NCBI GenBank assembly: GCA_028110365.1
Contig: JAOGVT010000006.1
Location: forward strand, 1,872 to 65,871
Direction of reading: 5' to 3'
DNA length: 64,000 nt
From: Flavobacteriales bacterium
GTDB taxonomy: Bacteria > Bacteroidota > Bacteroidia > Flavobacteriales > UBA7430
How positions within the stretch are numbered: the first letter of the stretch is position 1; the number at the start of each line of letters is the position of its first letter. The position numbers were made by a program, and so were the translations under genes. The notes beneath the pieces were generated by a model, which saw only the letters and a program-made list of their open reading frames with translations, was not told the origin of the DNA and did no database searches. This document shows positions 39,547 to 50,004 of this stretch, in pieces.

Positions 39547-40002
39547 ATGAAAAAGATCATCCTTGGCGCATTTTTAAGTTTAGCCTTTGTTGCTTGTAAT
39601 GAGTCTGCAAGTTCAAAAATCGATAAATCTAAACCGAAAAAACCAACAGAAATTAGTTTAGACCAAGTAGATACTACTTCGGATGCAAAAATGGAATTCG
39701 ATGCAAAAGATTGGAACTTTGGCGAAATTATGCAAGGAGAGTCCGTAGAACATGCATTTACTTTTACAAATACAGGCTCAGAGCCACTAATTATTTCAAA
39801 CGCTAAGGGATCATGCGGTTGTACTGTTCCAGTTTGGCCAAGAGAGCCCGTTGCTCCAGGAGAATCTGGTGTGATAGACGTAAAGTTTAACAGCAAGGGT
39901 AAAAAAGGAAAACAAAGTAAAAAAGTTACATTAACAACCAATATGGTTCCTAGTCAAATTATTTTGATGGTAAATGGAATGGTAAATTTAAAAGAAGAAT
40001 AA
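39547..40002 (+). CDS. DUF1573-domain lipoprotein
   Basis: Lipobox LSLAFVAC. Core F.....DWNFGEI..GESVEHAFTFTNTGSEPLIISNAKGSCGCTVP.WP.EPV.PGESG.I.V.FN. Confidence 0.8.
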   Translation: MKKIILGAFLSLAFVACNESASSKIDKSKPKKPTEISLDQVDTTSDAKMEFDAKDWNFGEIMQGESVEHAFTFTNTGSEPLIISNAKGSCGCTVPVWPREPVAPGESGVIDVKFNSKGKKGKQSKKVTLTTNMVPSQIILMVNGMVNLKEE

Positions 40003-40003
40003 T

Positions 40004-40288
40004 ATGTTAATCGTTTATTTACTCGCTGATGCATCAACAGGCATCATGAACTTTTTACCACTAATCGCAATTGTTGTGGTTATGTACTTTTTTATGATTA
40101 GACCTCAAGTAAAAAAGCAAAAAGAAGAAACTAAATTTAGGTCCGAAATCAAAAAAGGAGATAAAGTCATAACCCTGGGTGGTATCCATGCAAAAGTATT
40201 GGAAACGAATGACGAAACGCTAATTGTTCAAGCCGAAGGTGGCACGTCTAAGTTTAAAATCAATAAAACTTCCATTGCCAAAGTTTAA
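40004..40288 (+). CDS. yajC: preprotein translocase subunit YajC
   Basis: Single TM helix plus FFMIRPQVKKQKE, and KGDKVIT.GGIHAKV. Confidence 0.85.
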   Translation: MLIVYLLADASTGIMNFLPLIAIVVVMYFFMIRPQVKKQKEETKFRSEIKKGDKVITLGGIHAKVLETNDETLIVQAEGGTSKFKINKTSIAKV

Positions 40289-40315
40289 TTTGAAGCAAAA
40301 GCAATAAATTTAAAA

Positions 40316-40341
40316 ACGGACCTTGAGGTCCGTTTTTTTTT
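40316..40341 (+). terminator. intrinsic terminator after yajC
   Basis: acggacc-ttga-ggtccgt followed by T9, starting 28 nt after the yajC stop. Confidence 0.85.
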
Positions 40342-40387
40342 GTTTGACATTTAACGGTTCATATTCCAATTTACAAATGGGGTTTTT

Positions 40388-40395
40388 TATATTTG
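40388..40395 (+). promoter_or_regulatory. candidate -7 box (TATATTTG) for the aminotransferase gene
   Basis: Exact TAnnTTTG 38 nt upstream of the ATG at 40434. No clear -33 element. Its position, like the terminator, argues against the listed 40323 start. Confidence 0.35.
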
Positions 40396-40433
40396 CTAAT
40401 CGAAATAGCATAACCCTGATAATCTTCAAAAAA

Positions 40434-41627
40434 ATGAATACTTTATCTGATCGAATACTTAATTTAGAAGAATCACAAACCATAGCTATGGCGCGCCAAA
40501 GTCGAGAATTAATCGACCAAGGTATAGATGTAATTTCGCTTAGTTTAGGTGAGCCTGATTTCAACACACCAGACTTTATAAAAGAGGCCGCTAAAAAAGC
40601 TATAGACGACAACTTTTCCCATTACACGCCAGTTCCCGGACTCGGAGAGTTAAGAAGTGCCATTTCTAAAAAATTTAAACGAGACAATAAACTCAATTAT
40701 GCTGCTGATGAAATAGTCGCATCTACAGGAGCCAAACAAACGCTCGCTCAACTCATGTTAGCAATTGTAAACCCTGGAGACGAAGTTATAGTACCAGCAC
40801 CGTATTGGGTTAGTTACTTCCAAATGGTTAAAATGGCCGAAGGCACTCCTGTAGTTATAGAAGCAACCGTAGAAGCAGATTTTAAGGTTACACCTCAGCA
40901 GGTAGAAAGAGCAATCACATCAAAAACAAAAGCATTTTTATTTAGTACGCCCTGTAACCCTACTGGATCTGTATACAATCGTAAAGAATTAGCAGAACTA
41001 GTAAAAGTTTTTGAAAAACACCCAGACCTTATTATTATCTCTGACGAAATATACGAACACATAAATTTCCAGGAGGAACATGTAAGTATTGGTCAATTTG
41101 ATTCTATAAAAAACCAAGTGGTTACGGTAAATGGAGTTTCTAAAGGATTTGCAATGACAGGATGGAGAGTTGGTTACTTAGGTGCTCCTAAATGGCTAGC
41201 AGCTGCTTGTACAAAAATGCAAGGTCAAATAACTTCAGCTACATGTGCTATTGCTCAAAAAGCAACAGAAGCAGCCGTTCTAGCAGACCCCAAATGCACT
41301 GAAAAAATGCGCGATGCTTTTTTAAGACGCAGAGATCTAATGATAGGGAAACTATCAGAAATTAAGGGACTTAAATTGAGCATCCCTCAAGGAGCATTTT
41401 ACATATTTCCGGATGTTTCCTATTATTTTGGAAAATCCTTTAATGGAACAATTATAGCCAATGCAAACGATTTTTGTATGTACCTACTCAATCAAGCAAA
41501 TGTAGCTACGGTAACTGGCGAAGCATTTGGTGCGCCAAACTGTATGCGTATTTCCTATGCAGCAGCAGATCAAACACTTGTTAAAGCAGTTGACAGAATA
41601 AAAAAGGCATTAGATAAATTAGCCTAA
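40434..41627 (+). CDS. pyridoxal-phosphate-dependent aminotransferase, class I (aspartate aminotransferase-like)
   Basis: LSLGEPDFNTP, NPTGSVY, and the PLP-lysine region VNGVSKGFAMTGWRVGY. Start set at MNTLSDRIL because the listed 40323 start lies inside the yajC terminator. Confidence 0.85.
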   Translation: MNTLSDRILNLEESQTIAMARQSRELIDQGIDVISLSLGEPDFNTPDFIKEAAKKAIDDNFSHYTPVPGLGELRSAISKKFKRDNKLNYAADEIVASTGAKQTLAQLMLAIVNPGDEVIVPAPYWVSYFQMVKMAEGTPVVIEATVEADFKVTPQQVERAITSKTKAFLFSTPCNPTGSVYNRKELAELVKVFEKHPDLIIISDEIYEHINFQEEHVSIGQFDSIKNQVVTVNGVSKGFAMTGWRVGYLGAPKWLAAACTKMQGQITSATCAIAQKATEAAVLADPKCTEKMRDAFLRRRDLMIGKLSEIKGLKLSIPQGAFYIFPDVSYYFGKSFNGTIIANANDFCMYLLNQANVATVTGEAFGAPNCMRISYAAADQTLVKAVDRIKKALDKLA

Positions 41628-41708
41628 AATACAGGCCCTATACGCTCTAGGCTTTTTTTTGTTCATTTGTAAAGTATTTTACAAACAGATCAAACCAATT
41701 TGAACTCA

Positions 41709-42677
41709 ATGGACTTTATAAAACCAATCTTAAAACAGTTTAAAAACAAACAAGTTCTCATTATTGGAGATGCAATGATTGATGCTTACATGTGGGGCAA
41801 CATTCATCGAAATTCACCAGAAGCACCAGTTCCTGTAGTTGACATCGAGAAGAGAGAAAGTCGTTTAGGAGGAGCCGCAAACGTAGCACTTAACATACAA
41901 TCTTTGGGAGCAACGCCCATTTTATTTTCTGCAATAGGTTCGGACCATAACGGTCAACTTTTCTGCGAGCTTATGGAAAAGCAAAATTTATCTCGTAAGG
42001 GAATTCAACAAATAACCTCTAGAAACACAACAGTCAAAACAAGAATTATTAGTAACAATAAACATGTTTTAAGAGTAGATGAGGAGTGTACAGATCCTAT
42101 AAATGAAAAATCTGTTGAACTAGAATTGGTTAAACTACTAGAATCTAACTCGTTTGATGTTATAATATTTGAAGACTACAACAAGGGTTTACTCACTGAA
42201 AACTTGATAAGTAAAGCAATAAAAATTGCGAAAAGACTTAACATACCCACAATAGTAGATCCAAAAAAAGAACACTTTTTTACCTATAAAAATGTAGACA
42301 TCTTTAAACCAAATTTGAAAGAAATTAAAGAAGGTTTAGGTGTTGAATTTGACGTTCATTCTGCAAAAGAACTGGCTTCAAATGTTGAGCTGGTCAGATG
42401 CAAACTTAATGCTAAGGGAATATTACTTACGCTTTCAGAACATGGCATGTACTACCAAGACCAAACGAATATTTACAAAGAACACGCTCATAAAAGAAGT
42501 ATAATTGATGTTTCTGGAGCTGGAGACACCGTTGTTTCTGTTGCAGCTCTAGCCTTGGCTTGTGGCTTAAAAAATGAAGATCTAATGAAAATTGCTAACT
42601 TAGCTGGAGGTTTGGTTTGTGAAAAAGTAGGCGTTGTACCCATAAAAATAGAAGACCTCATAAACGCCACTAAATAG
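41709..42677 (+). CDS. PfkB-family sugar kinase resembling the kinase domain of HldE/RfaE (D-glycero-beta-D-manno-heptose-7-phosphate kinase-like)
   Basis: VLIIGDAMIDAYMWG...R.SPEAPVPVV......RLGGAANVA.N, and C-terminal DVSGAGDTV. No adenylyltransferase domain. Confidence 0.65.
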   Translation: MDFIKPILKQFKNKQVLIIGDAMIDAYMWGNIHRNSPEAPVPVVDIEKRESRLGGAANVALNIQSLGATPILFSAIGSDHNGQLFCELMEKQNLSRKGIQQITSRNTTVKTRIISNNKHVLRVDEECTDPINEKSVELELVKLLESNSFDVIIFEDYNKGLLTENLISKAIKIAKRLNIPTIVDPKKEHFFTYKNVDIFKPNLKEIKEGLGVEFDVHSAKELASNVELVRCKLNAKGILLTLSEHGMYYQDQTNIYKEHAHKRSIIDVSGAGDTVVSVAALALACGLKNEDLMKIANLAGGLVCEKVGVVPIKIEDLINATK

Positions 42678-42701
42678 TTAGCGATAAACAGCACTTAAAG
42701 A

Positions 42702-44513
42702 ATGTCGGTTCAATCCATACGAGAAAAAATTAATTTAGCCCTTTACGACAGTAAAGAAGGAGTTTTATCCTTATTTAAAGTGGGTAGTTTTTTAGTAGCA
42801 TCACTCATTCTATCGCTACTTATATACCAATTCGGGTTTAACCCTAACCTTACAGTTAAAGCATGGATATTAATTGCTATTAAAGCCAGTTTTGTTTTTT
42901 ACATTGTAAAATATTTAACAAACCTACTTTATTCATACAAGCCAACTCGTTTCATCAAAGATTCTTGGTTTGAAGGACTTCTGCTGCTTTTAATTCTAAT
43001 AAATGGAGTTACTTTCCTAACTTCAAATGAATCATTACTTAACTGGCTTGGGAGGCAATTAGAGTTTTACCAACTCGAAAACTTTTACATCTTATTTTTA
43101 CAATCCTACTTTTTCATATTAGTAGGAATTGAGCTTGGAAAAGCAAGCACGCATTTAACATTATTAAAAATGAGCCCACCCAAAATGCTCATTTCCTCAT
43201 TTATCTTTCTAATTTTAATAGGAACCGGTTTATTAATGATGCCAGAGATGACATCACAAATTGAGTATATGCCATTTTTTGATGCTCTATTTACCTCCAT
43301 AAGTGCGAGTTGTGTTACGGGTTTAATTGTGGTAGATACGGCGACGTACTTTACCCAAAAAGGGCATACAGTACTCATGCTCTTGATACAATTAGGCGGG
43401 CTAAATATCATATCATTTGCGACCTTACTTGCCTTGTTTTCTAAAAAAGGAATTGGAATAAAACACCAAACAATACTTCAAGATAACTTTAGTTCTGAGT
43501 CTTTACTCAGCGGAAAAGGCTTACTTGGGAAAATTTTCTTATTTAGTTTCTTTATGGAATTTATAGGAATGATAGCCTTGTACTTTACTTGGAATCCAGT
43601 AACAAACGCTCCCCTACTTGAGGACCAATTTTTCTTTTCACTTTTTCATTCCGTATCTGCATTTAATAATGCTGGATTTTCTTTATTTTCTAATGGTCTT
43701 CAAAATCATGTAGTGCAAAACGCTTACAGCATGCATCTAATTTTAGCAGCTTTAATATTCTTTGGCGCTGTTGGTTTTCCAGTAATAGATGATGTGTTCA
43801 ATATAAACCGAATAAAAAAATCGTTTCAATCATCTTTGTATAAACTAAAACTAAGCACTCGTATTTCGCTCTACACTACTTTTGTTCTTCTAGTATTTGG
43901 TACACTCATGTTCTACTTTTTAGAACAACAGAACACCCTAAACGGAATGACGATTCAAGGTCAATTAATAACTTCATTTTTTCAATCCATAACAGCTCGA
44001 ACTGCAGGATTTAATACGGTCGACTTTTCTGTGATAGGAACACCCATGCTTTTAATATTTATCTTTTTGATGTTTATTGGAGCTTCGCCCGGATCTACCG
44101 GAGGCGGAATTAAAACATCCACCTTTACATTAATTATTTATTCTGCATTAAACACAATAAGAGGCAAAAAAAGAATCGAGATAGAAAAAAGAACCATTTC
44201 ACCAGAATTATTACATAAAGCGTTTTCTATTTTTTTATTTGCTACTTCCACCATCTTCATAGCTATTTTTATTTTAAGTATTTCAGACGGTGAAAAAGGA
44301 ATTCTCCCTATTGCTTTTGAAGTCGTTTCTGCCTTTTCTACCGTTGGACTTTCAGCCGGTATAACCGCAAATTTATCCTTTACAGGCAAAGTGGTTATTA
44401 TGGTCTGCATGTTTGTAGGAAGAATCGGTACGCTAACACTAGCATTTGCATTAAGTAGTAAAATGAAGTCGCACAACTACAAATATCCAAAAGCACATCT
44501 TAGTGTAGGTTAA
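42702..44513 (+). CDS. trkH: TrkH/KtrB-family potassium uptake membrane protein
   Basis: Repeated selectivity-filter-like motifs (SASCVTGL, NNAGFS, RTAGFNTV, GSTGGGIKTST) in a polytopic protein. Confidence 0.8.
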   Translation: MSVQSIREKINLALYDSKEGVLSLFKVGSFLVASLILSLLIYQFGFNPNLTVKAWILIAIKASFVFYIVKYLTNLLYSYKPTRFIKDSWFEGLLLLLILINGVTFLTSNESLLNWLGRQLEFYQLENFYILFLQSYFFILVGIELGKASTHLTLLKMSPPKMLISSFIFLILIGTGLLMMPEMTSQIEYMPFFDALFTSISASCVTGLIVVDTATYFTQKGHTVLMLLIQLGGLNIISFATLLALFSKKGIGIKHQTILQDNFSSESLLSGKGLLGKIFLFSFFMEFIGMIALYFTWNPVTNAPLLEDQFFFSLFHSVSAFNNAGFSLFSNGLQNHVVQNAYSMHLILAALIFFGAVGFPVIDDVFNINRIKKSFQSSLYKLKLSTRISLYTTFVLLVFGTLMFYFLEQQNTLNGMTIQGQLITSFFQSITARTAGFNTVDFSVIGTPMLLIFIFLMFIGASPGSTGGGIKTSTFTLIIYSALNTIRGKKRIEIEKRTISPELLHKAFSIFLFATSTIFIAIFILSISDGEKGILPIAFEVVSAFSTVGLSAGITANLSFTGKVVIMVCMFVGRIGTLTLAFALSSKMKSHNYKYPKAHLSVG

Positions 44514-44652
44514 AAAACAAGCTATTCCTTTACTAGCCCTCAAATTAAAGATTCAATATTGGATGAAAATAGTCTTAACATTTATCAGACTATTTATGAA
44601 CTAAACCTTTGGGAAATTCACTATATTCGAACTTTAGCTCTAAATTAAAAAT

Positions 44653-46902
44653 ATGTCGGATTCTCTTCTAAAACCAAAAGCTAATTTCGGAACTGGTCCC
44701 GTTTTTATGACGGCTATTTCAACCATTCTAGGTGCTATACTTTACCTTCGTTTTGGTTATGCAGTAGCACATACAGGTTTTATGGGAGCTATTGCCATTA
44801 TTATTATTGGGCATTTGGTAACGATACCTACAGCTATGGCTGTTGCAGAAATTGCAACAAATCGAAAAGTAGAAGGAGGAGGTGCGTATTACATAATATC
44901 TCGATCGTTTGGGCTCAATATTGGAGCAGCAATTGGTATCGCTTTGTTTCTATCTCAGGCCATTTCTGTTGCATTTTACGTAATAGCCTTTACCGAAGCT
45001 TTTATGCCTTTTGCCGAATTCCTTACCCAAACGTACCCAGTATTATCGAGTTATAGCGAGTTTTTACTCGATAAGCAACTCATTGGTATTGTAATGATGA
45101 TTCTATTAAGCATATTAATGCTAACTAAAGGAGCAAACATTGGGATGAACCTCCTTTACTATGTGGTAGCAATACTTTTTGCTTCACTAATTATGTTTTT
45201 CATGGGGAAACCAATTGAGGGCTATTCAATTTCAGATGTAGATTTAATTTCATCCGTTGCAAACCCAGATTCGTTCTTTTACGTATTTACCATTATATTT
45301 CCTGCATTTACAGGAATTGCTGCTGGACTTGGACTTTCTGGTGATTTAAAAGACCCAAAAAAGTCCATTCCTAAGGGAACTTTACTTGCAACAGCAGTGG
45401 GGATTATCGTTTACATTGCTGTTGCACTAAAACTAGTGCTTTCTGCATCGCTAGAAGATTTGGCTGCAGACCAACTTATTATGAGTAAAATTGCTATTTG
45501 GGGCCCAATTATACCAATAGGTCTTGCTTGTGCAGCAATATCCTCTGCGCTGGGATCTGTAATGGTTGCACCTAGAACATTACAAGCCCTTGGTGTTGAT
45601 GAAATATTTCCAACACTGACGCTAAACACATGGTTATCCAAAAATAAAAAAGGTACTATTGAACCTATTAATGCTTCCTTAATTTCCTGTATTATAGCTT
45701 TTTTCTTTGTTGTAATTGGCGATATTAATTTAGTAGCTGAAGTAATAGCTATGTTCTTTATGGTTACTTACGGAGCGATTTGCTTAATTTCTTTGTTGGA
45801 ACATTTTTCTGCTGATCCCTCCTACCGTCCAACTTTTAAATCTCGTTGGTACATTTCTTTTATTGGTGCGTTTTTATCCTTCTGGCTCATGTTTAAAATG
45901 AATGCTACATACGCTCTTGTATCGTTAGTATTTATGGCGCTTATTTACATTTACATAAGCAAATACAATACATCAACTGGGGGTATCATTAAACTATTTA
46001 AAGGCGTTCTATTTCAATTAAGTCGTCAACTACAAATATTTGTTCGCAAAAAAGAATACAATAGTGCAAATGACCATTGGAGGCCATTTGCAATTTGTGT
46101 TTCAGATGTAACGTTAAAAAAAAGAGATGCTTTTGATTTTATGCGGTGGGTTTCTCATAAATATGGCTTTGGAACACACATGCACTTTATGGAAGGTTAC
46201 CTAAATAGAGAATCACATAAAGAATCTATTGAAACATTAACAAAACTTCATCGACTGGCGGAAGGTTCAAAATCTAAAGTCTATTTAGATACAATTATTA
46301 GCCCATCTTACACCTCAGCTATTGCACAAGTAATTCAGTTGGCTAGTATATCTGGAAAAGGACACAATCTAATTGTTTTAGAGTTTGAAAGAGGTGATGA
46401 AGTTAAGTTAGAACAAATTATAAAAAACCACCACCTCTTAACTGCTACAGATTTAGATGTTTGTATTTTAAACAGCACCTACAGATCTTTCGGATACTAC
46501 AGAGACATTCATATTTGGATTTCTGCAGACGATTATCAAGATTCTAATTTAGAGATATTACTTGGTTACATCATTTTAGGTCACGAAAATTGGAAAGATG
46601 CAAGCATTAAAATATACTCGATATACGAAAAAGGTACTATTGAAAATCAAAAAGAATTGCTGTTAAATTTAATCCAAAAAGGTCGACTACCAATATCCCC
46701 TTCAAACATAAACTTGATTGAGCGAGACACAAATAAGAGTGTGAAAGCTATTATTAATGAACAGTCCGCTTCAGCAGACTTTACTATGATTGGATTTGAT
46801 GAAGAGATTTTAGAAAAGGAAGGAACTAGTTACTTTGAAGGCTATAACAAATTAGGTAACATTCTTTTTGTAAACTCTATGAACAAAAAAGAAATTAAGT
46901 AA
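44653..46902 (+). CDS. APC-superfamily transporter with large cytoplasmic C-terminal domain (SLC12 cation-chloride-cotransporter-like)
   Basis: About 12 TM segments ([23 protein letters not shown]..., [28 protein letters not shown]) followed by a ~290-aa soluble domain, the architecture of bacterial CCC homologues. Confidence 0.65.
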   Translation: MSDSLLKPKANFGTGPVFMTAISTILGAILYLRFGYAVAHTGFMGAIAIIIIGHLVTIPTAMAVAEIATNRKVEGGGAYYIISRSFGLNIGAAIGIALFLSQAISVAFYVIAFTEAFMPFAEFLTQTYPVLSSYSEFLLDKQLIGIVMMILLSILMLTKGANIGMNLLYYVVAILFASLIMFFMGKPIEGYSISDVDLISSVANPDSFFYVFTIIFPAFTGIAAGLGLSGDLKDPKKSIPKGTLLATAVGIIVYIAVALKLVLSASLEDLAADQLIMSKIAIWGPIIPIGLACAAISSALGSVMVAPRTLQALGVDEIFPTLTLNTWLSKNKKGTIEPINASLISCIIAFFFVVIGDINLVAEVIAMFFMVTYGAICLISLLEHFSADPSYRPTFKSRWYISFIGAFLSFWLMFKMNATYALVSLVFMALIYIYISKYNTSTGGIIKLFKGVLFQLSRQLQIFVRKKEYNSANDHWRPFAICVSDVTLKKRDAFDFMRWVSHKYGFGTHMHFMEGYLNRESHKESIETLTKLHRLAEGSKSKVYLDTIISPSYTSAIAQVIQLASISGKGHNLIVLEFERGDEVKLEQIIKNHHLLTATDLDVCILNSTYRSFGYYRDIHIWISADDYQDSNLEILLGYIILGHENWKDASIKIYSIYEKGTIENQKELLLNLIQKGRLPISPSNINLIERDTNKSVKAIINEQSASADFTMIGFDEEILEKEGTSYFEGYNKLGNILFVNSMNKKEIK

Positions 46903-46903
46903 G

Positions 46904-46911
46904 TACTTTTG
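46904..46911 (+). promoter_or_regulatory. candidate -7 box (TACTTTTG) for ubiE
   Basis: Exact TAnnTTTG 14 nt upstream of the TTG start at 46926, immediately after the upstream stop codon. Confidence 0.3.
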
Positions 46912-46925
46912 CACAAACTATAGAT

Positions 46926-47654
46926 TTGAAAAAAACAGTTAAGCCCTACAAAGAATCTTCCTTATCAAAAAAGGAACAAGTAGCCACAATGTTTGATAAC
47001 ATTGCAGGAAACTACGATTTTCTAAACCACTTTCTTTCTCTTGGAATTGATATATTTTGGAGAAAGAGGCTTGTAAGAAAACTACAAAAACAAAAACCAC
47101 AAAACATTTTAGATGTAGCAACAGGAACTGCAGATTTAGCCATTGCTATGATGAAAATCAAACCATTTAATGTTGTGGGAATAGACATCTCCAATGGAAT
47201 GCTAGAGGTTGGAAGAAAAAAAATTAAAGAAAAAGATCTAGAAAAAACAATACAGCTCCAGCAAGCCGATTCAGAAGACCTTCCTTTTGAAGATGCTACC
47301 TTTGATGCCGTAACTGTAAGCTTTGGAGCAAGAAACTTTGAGAATCTGCAAAAAGGTCTTTCTGAGATGGCTCGAGTTCTTAAACCTGGAGGTAAAATTT
47401 ACATTCTCGAATTTTCGAAACCGACGCTATTTCCATTTAAACAACTTTACGACTTTTACTTTAAATTTGTTTTACCTTTAATAGGGAAACTCCTTTCTAA
47501 AGATAATGCAGCCTACTCATATCTTCCTGAATCTGTAAAAGCATTTCCACACGGGAAAGAATTGAATTCTATTATTGAAAACTGTGGGTATACAAACGCA
47601 AAAAACCACCCATTAACCATGGGAATCGCCTCTATATACACAGCTCAAAAATGA
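46926..47654 (+). CDS. ubiE: demethylmenaquinone / ubiquinone-type C-methyltransferase
   Basis: [30 protein letters not shown] motif [12 protein letters not shown], and [13 protein letters not shown]. Confidence 0.85.
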   Translation: MKKTVKPYKESSLSKKEQVATMFDNIAGNYDFLNHFLSLGIDIFWRKRLVRKLQKQKPQNILDVATGTADLAIAMMKIKPFNVVGIDISNGMLEVGRKKIKEKDLEKTIQLQQADSEDLPFEDATFDAVTVSFGARNFENLQKGLSEMARVLKPGGKIYILEFSKPTLFPFKQLYDFYFKFVLPLIGKLLSKDNAAYSYLPESVKAFPHGKELNSIIENCGYTNAKNHPLTMGIASIYTAQK

Positions 47655-48349
47655 AAAAAACAAGTTTACTGACCATCCTAACTTTGATGAGTTTATCGGT
47701 TTTTGCACAAAAGCAAAAACTGATTGCTCAAAGTCAATACGACTATAAAAAATTCCATTTCGGAATGGCTTTAGATTTTGGATATTACAATCTAGTAAAC
47801 GATCTTTCAACTGACTTTTTAAGTAACACAGACCTGTTAGGCATAGAAACAGATGGCGACTTTGGTATGGGGGTTTCATTTATCTTACCAGATCTTAGAT
47901 TAGGAAATAAACTTAACCTGAGACACATACTTACTGTAAAAACAATACAAAGAAATATTCAATATACTTTTAACCCAATGTATGAGGGGCCTTCAGTGGT
48001 GGTTAAAAAAGTTGAATCTTGGTTTGTTGAATCTGCACTACATTTAAAATACAGAGCAGACAGGATAAACAACAGTAGGGTATTTGTTTTTTTAGGCCCA
48101 AGTTTTGGCGTAGACATGGCATCTGAAAAAGATGTAGAAGATGAAAATATATTTAAACTAAACCGAGCAAACTTTGCAGTAGAAATTGGTGCTGGTTGCG
48201 ATTTCTACTTTGAATATTTCAAATTTGCTCCTCAAATTAAATATTCCTACGGTTTAACAAACTTAATTGTTCAAGATGGAACTGTTTTCACAAGTCCACT
48301 GGAAGGTTTTTACTCAAGAGGACTTCAATTTTCCATCACATTTGAATAA
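47651..48349 (+). CDS. outer-membrane beta-barrel protein, PorT-family-like (T9SS-associated) candidate
   Basis: Signal peptide [14 protein letters not shown], alternating beta-strand pattern, and a C-terminal aromatic (..LQFSITFE). 4-nt overlap with ubiE. The ubiE-porT adjacency is an arrangement I recall from other Bacteroidota and have not verified. Confidence 0.45.
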   Translation: MKKTSLLTILTLMSLSVFAQKQKLIAQSQYDYKKFHFGMALDFGYYNLVNDLSTDFLSNTDLLGIETDGDFGMGVSFILPDLRLGNKLNLRHILTVKTIQRNIQYTFNPMYEGPSVVVKKVESWFVESALHLKYRADRINNSRVFVFLGPSFGVDMASEKDVEDENIFKLNRANFAVEIGAGCDFYFEYFKFAPQIKYSYGLTNLIVQDGTVFTSPLEGFYSRGLQFSITFE

Positions 48350-49900
48350 ATGCAAAAAGAAATAACCATAAGTGTATCGCCAAAAGCAGCAACTGAAGAG
48401 GATTCTATAAAACACAGTGCTGCCAGATATTTAAATATTAGCACTAAAGAGATTAGTGGAATTGTAATTCAAAAACGATCGATAGACGCTCGTTCACGAA
48501 AGATAAATGTCCACTTAAAAATAACCGTATTTACAGCAGGTGAAAAAAATTCACCAACAAACTACAACAAAGTCTACAAAAATATAGCTTCTGCTACTCC
48601 AATTATTATTGTTGGATCTGGGCCTGCAGGATTATTTGCAGCTTTAAGATTAATTGAATTAGGACTTAAGCCCGTTATTATTGAGCGTGGAAAAGATGTG
48701 ATTCAAAGACGAAAAGATCTTGCTAAAATACACAATCATGAAGTTAACCCCGATTCTAATTACTGCTATGGTGAAGGTGGGGCGGGAACCTATTCTGATG
48801 GAAAACTATACACGAGATCTAAAAAAAGAGGAAGTGTACAGAGAATTCTAGAAATTTTAGTTGCGCATGGAGCTGTAGAAGATATAATGATAGACACACA
48901 TCCGCATATTGGAACAAATAAATTACCTAAAATAATAGCCAAAATGCGAGAAAATATTCTCTCCGCAGGAGGCGAGTTGCATTTTAATTGTAGAGTAGAA
49001 GACCTTATACTAAAGGGAAATAAAATAGAAGGAGTTGTAGATCAAAACGGAGCAAAAATTTTAGGCCACTCTGTGATATTAGCCACAGGACATTCCGCAA
49101 GAGACATTTACTATTTATTAAACAAACATAAAATTATACTTGAGGCAAAATCTTTTGCACTAGGCGTTCGAGTAGAACACCCTCAACCAATAATAGATGC
49201 CGAACAATATAGATGTGAAGTAAGAAGTAGGTATTTACCAGCAGCATCATACAAACTTGTGCAACAAGTAAACGGAAAGGGTGTCTTCTCTTTTTGCATG
49301 TGCCCAGGTGGACAGATAGTACCTTCGGCTACAGCTCCAGGAGAAGTAGTTGTTAATGGAATGTCTGCCTCAACACGAAGCTCTAGATATGCAAATTCAG
49401 GAATCGTAGTTTCAATAGAGCCTGAGGATTTAAAAGCATATGCGAAATACGGTGAGTTAGCTGGCTTGGTCTTTCAACAAGAGATGGAAAAAATGGCCTG
49501 GGTTGCAGGTGGTAAATCTCAAGCCTCACCTGCTCAAAGAATGGTAGATTTTACAAACAATAAACTTTCTACTCATTTAAATGAATGCTCTTATATCCCT
49601 GGTATAAACTCTGCGCCGCTTCACGAATTGCTCCCCCCGGTAATAGGAGATCGACTAAAGATTGGCTTTAAGGCTTTTGGCAGAAAAATGAAAGGCTATT
49701 ACACCAATCAAGCCAATATCCTTGGTGTCGAATCTAGAACTTCCTCACCTTTACGAATTCCTCGAAACGATGAATCGTTAAATCATCCTCAGGTCCTAAA
49801 CCTCTACCCTTGCGGTGAAGGAGCAGGTTATGCAGGAGGTATTGTATCTGCAGCTATAGACGGAGAAAGATGTGCGGAAGCGATAAAAAACACCTTTTAA
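48350..49900 (+). CDS. FAD-dependent oxidoreductase (uncharacterised COG2509-type dehydrogenase)
   Basis: Dinucleotide fold IIIVGSGPAGLFAALRL, GEGGAGTYSDGKL, CPGGQIV, and C-terminal LYPCGEGAGYAGGIVSAAIDG. Confidence 0.7.
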   Translation: MQKEITISVSPKAATEEDSIKHSAARYLNISTKEISGIVIQKRSIDARSRKINVHLKITVFTAGEKNSPTNYNKVYKNIASATPIIIVGSGPAGLFAALRLIELGLKPVIIERGKDVIQRRKDLAKIHNHEVNPDSNYCYGEGGAGTYSDGKLYTRSKKRGSVQRILEILVAHGAVEDIMIDTHPHIGTNKLPKIIAKMRENILSAGGELHFNCRVEDLILKGNKIEGVVDQNGAKILGHSVILATGHSARDIYYLLNKHKIILEAKSFALGVRVEHPQPIIDAEQYRCEVRSRYLPAASYKLVQQVNGKGVFSFCMCPGGQIVPSATAPGEVVVNGMSASTRSSRYANSGIVVSIEPEDLKAYAKYGELAGLVFQQEMEKMAWVAGGKSQASPAQRMVDFTNNKLSTHLNECSYIPGINSAPLHELLPPVIGDRLKIGFKAFGRKMKGYYTNQANILGVESRTSSPLRIPRNDESLNHPQVLNLYPCGEGAGYAGGIVSAAIDGERCAEAIKNTF

Positions 49901-49996
49901 GAAAAAGAAACTTACTTTCCTATAGATTAAACTTGCGAGTTAAACAATACGGCCATTTTTTATACTTTTAAATTTAAAAGCAAGCTATTGTTTGCT

Positions 49997-50004
49997 TAAG
50001 TTTG
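49997..50004 (+). promoter_or_regulatory. candidate -7 box (TAAGTTTG) for gpmI
   Basis: Exact TAnnTTTG 16 nt before the ATG at 50021. No clear -33 element. Confidence 0.3.

Noticed and set aside
39522-39941. 139-aa minus-strand ORF antisense to the DUF1573 gene. The same applies to many other 60-135-aa antisense or shadow ORFs in the track: 944-1228, 3470-3727, 3584-3784, 4708-4989, 5329-5547, 5995-6186, 6272-6613, 9482-9670, 9963-10154, 13431-13652, 14146-14337, 15831-16130, 17332-17598, 17710-17958, 18157-18384, 18374-18628, 24065-24322, 24335-24571, 27277-27477, 27308-27490, 29957-30295, 38621-38845, 39146-39382, 42488-42694, 43106-43411, 44138-44476, 45411-45641, 46939-47121, 47012-47194, 47613-47879, 52088-52312, 53036-53344, 54395-54595, 54837-55244, 55082-55300, 56498-56701, 56620-56808, 57940-58188, 59203-59412, 60469-60651, 60898-61113, 60930-61190, 62893-63075 and 63130-63363.
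   Set aside because: Each lies wholly or largely inside a longer ORF with clear family motifs on the other strand or frame. Their sequences are low-complexity or Ser/Leu/Phe-rich, as expected for shadow frames of AT-rich genes. No independent start or promoter context was seen.
40310-40612. 100-aa minus-strand ORF across the yajC terminator and the aminotransferase 5' end.
   Set aside because: It is antisense to a well-supported gene and contains the terminator hairpin, and no family features were seen.
41621-41660. Terminator after the aminotransferase gene (agccta ... taggct plus T8).
   Set aside because: It has only a 6-bp stem with a ~20-nt loop. The T8 tract is suggestive, but the hairpin is too weak to call with confidence.
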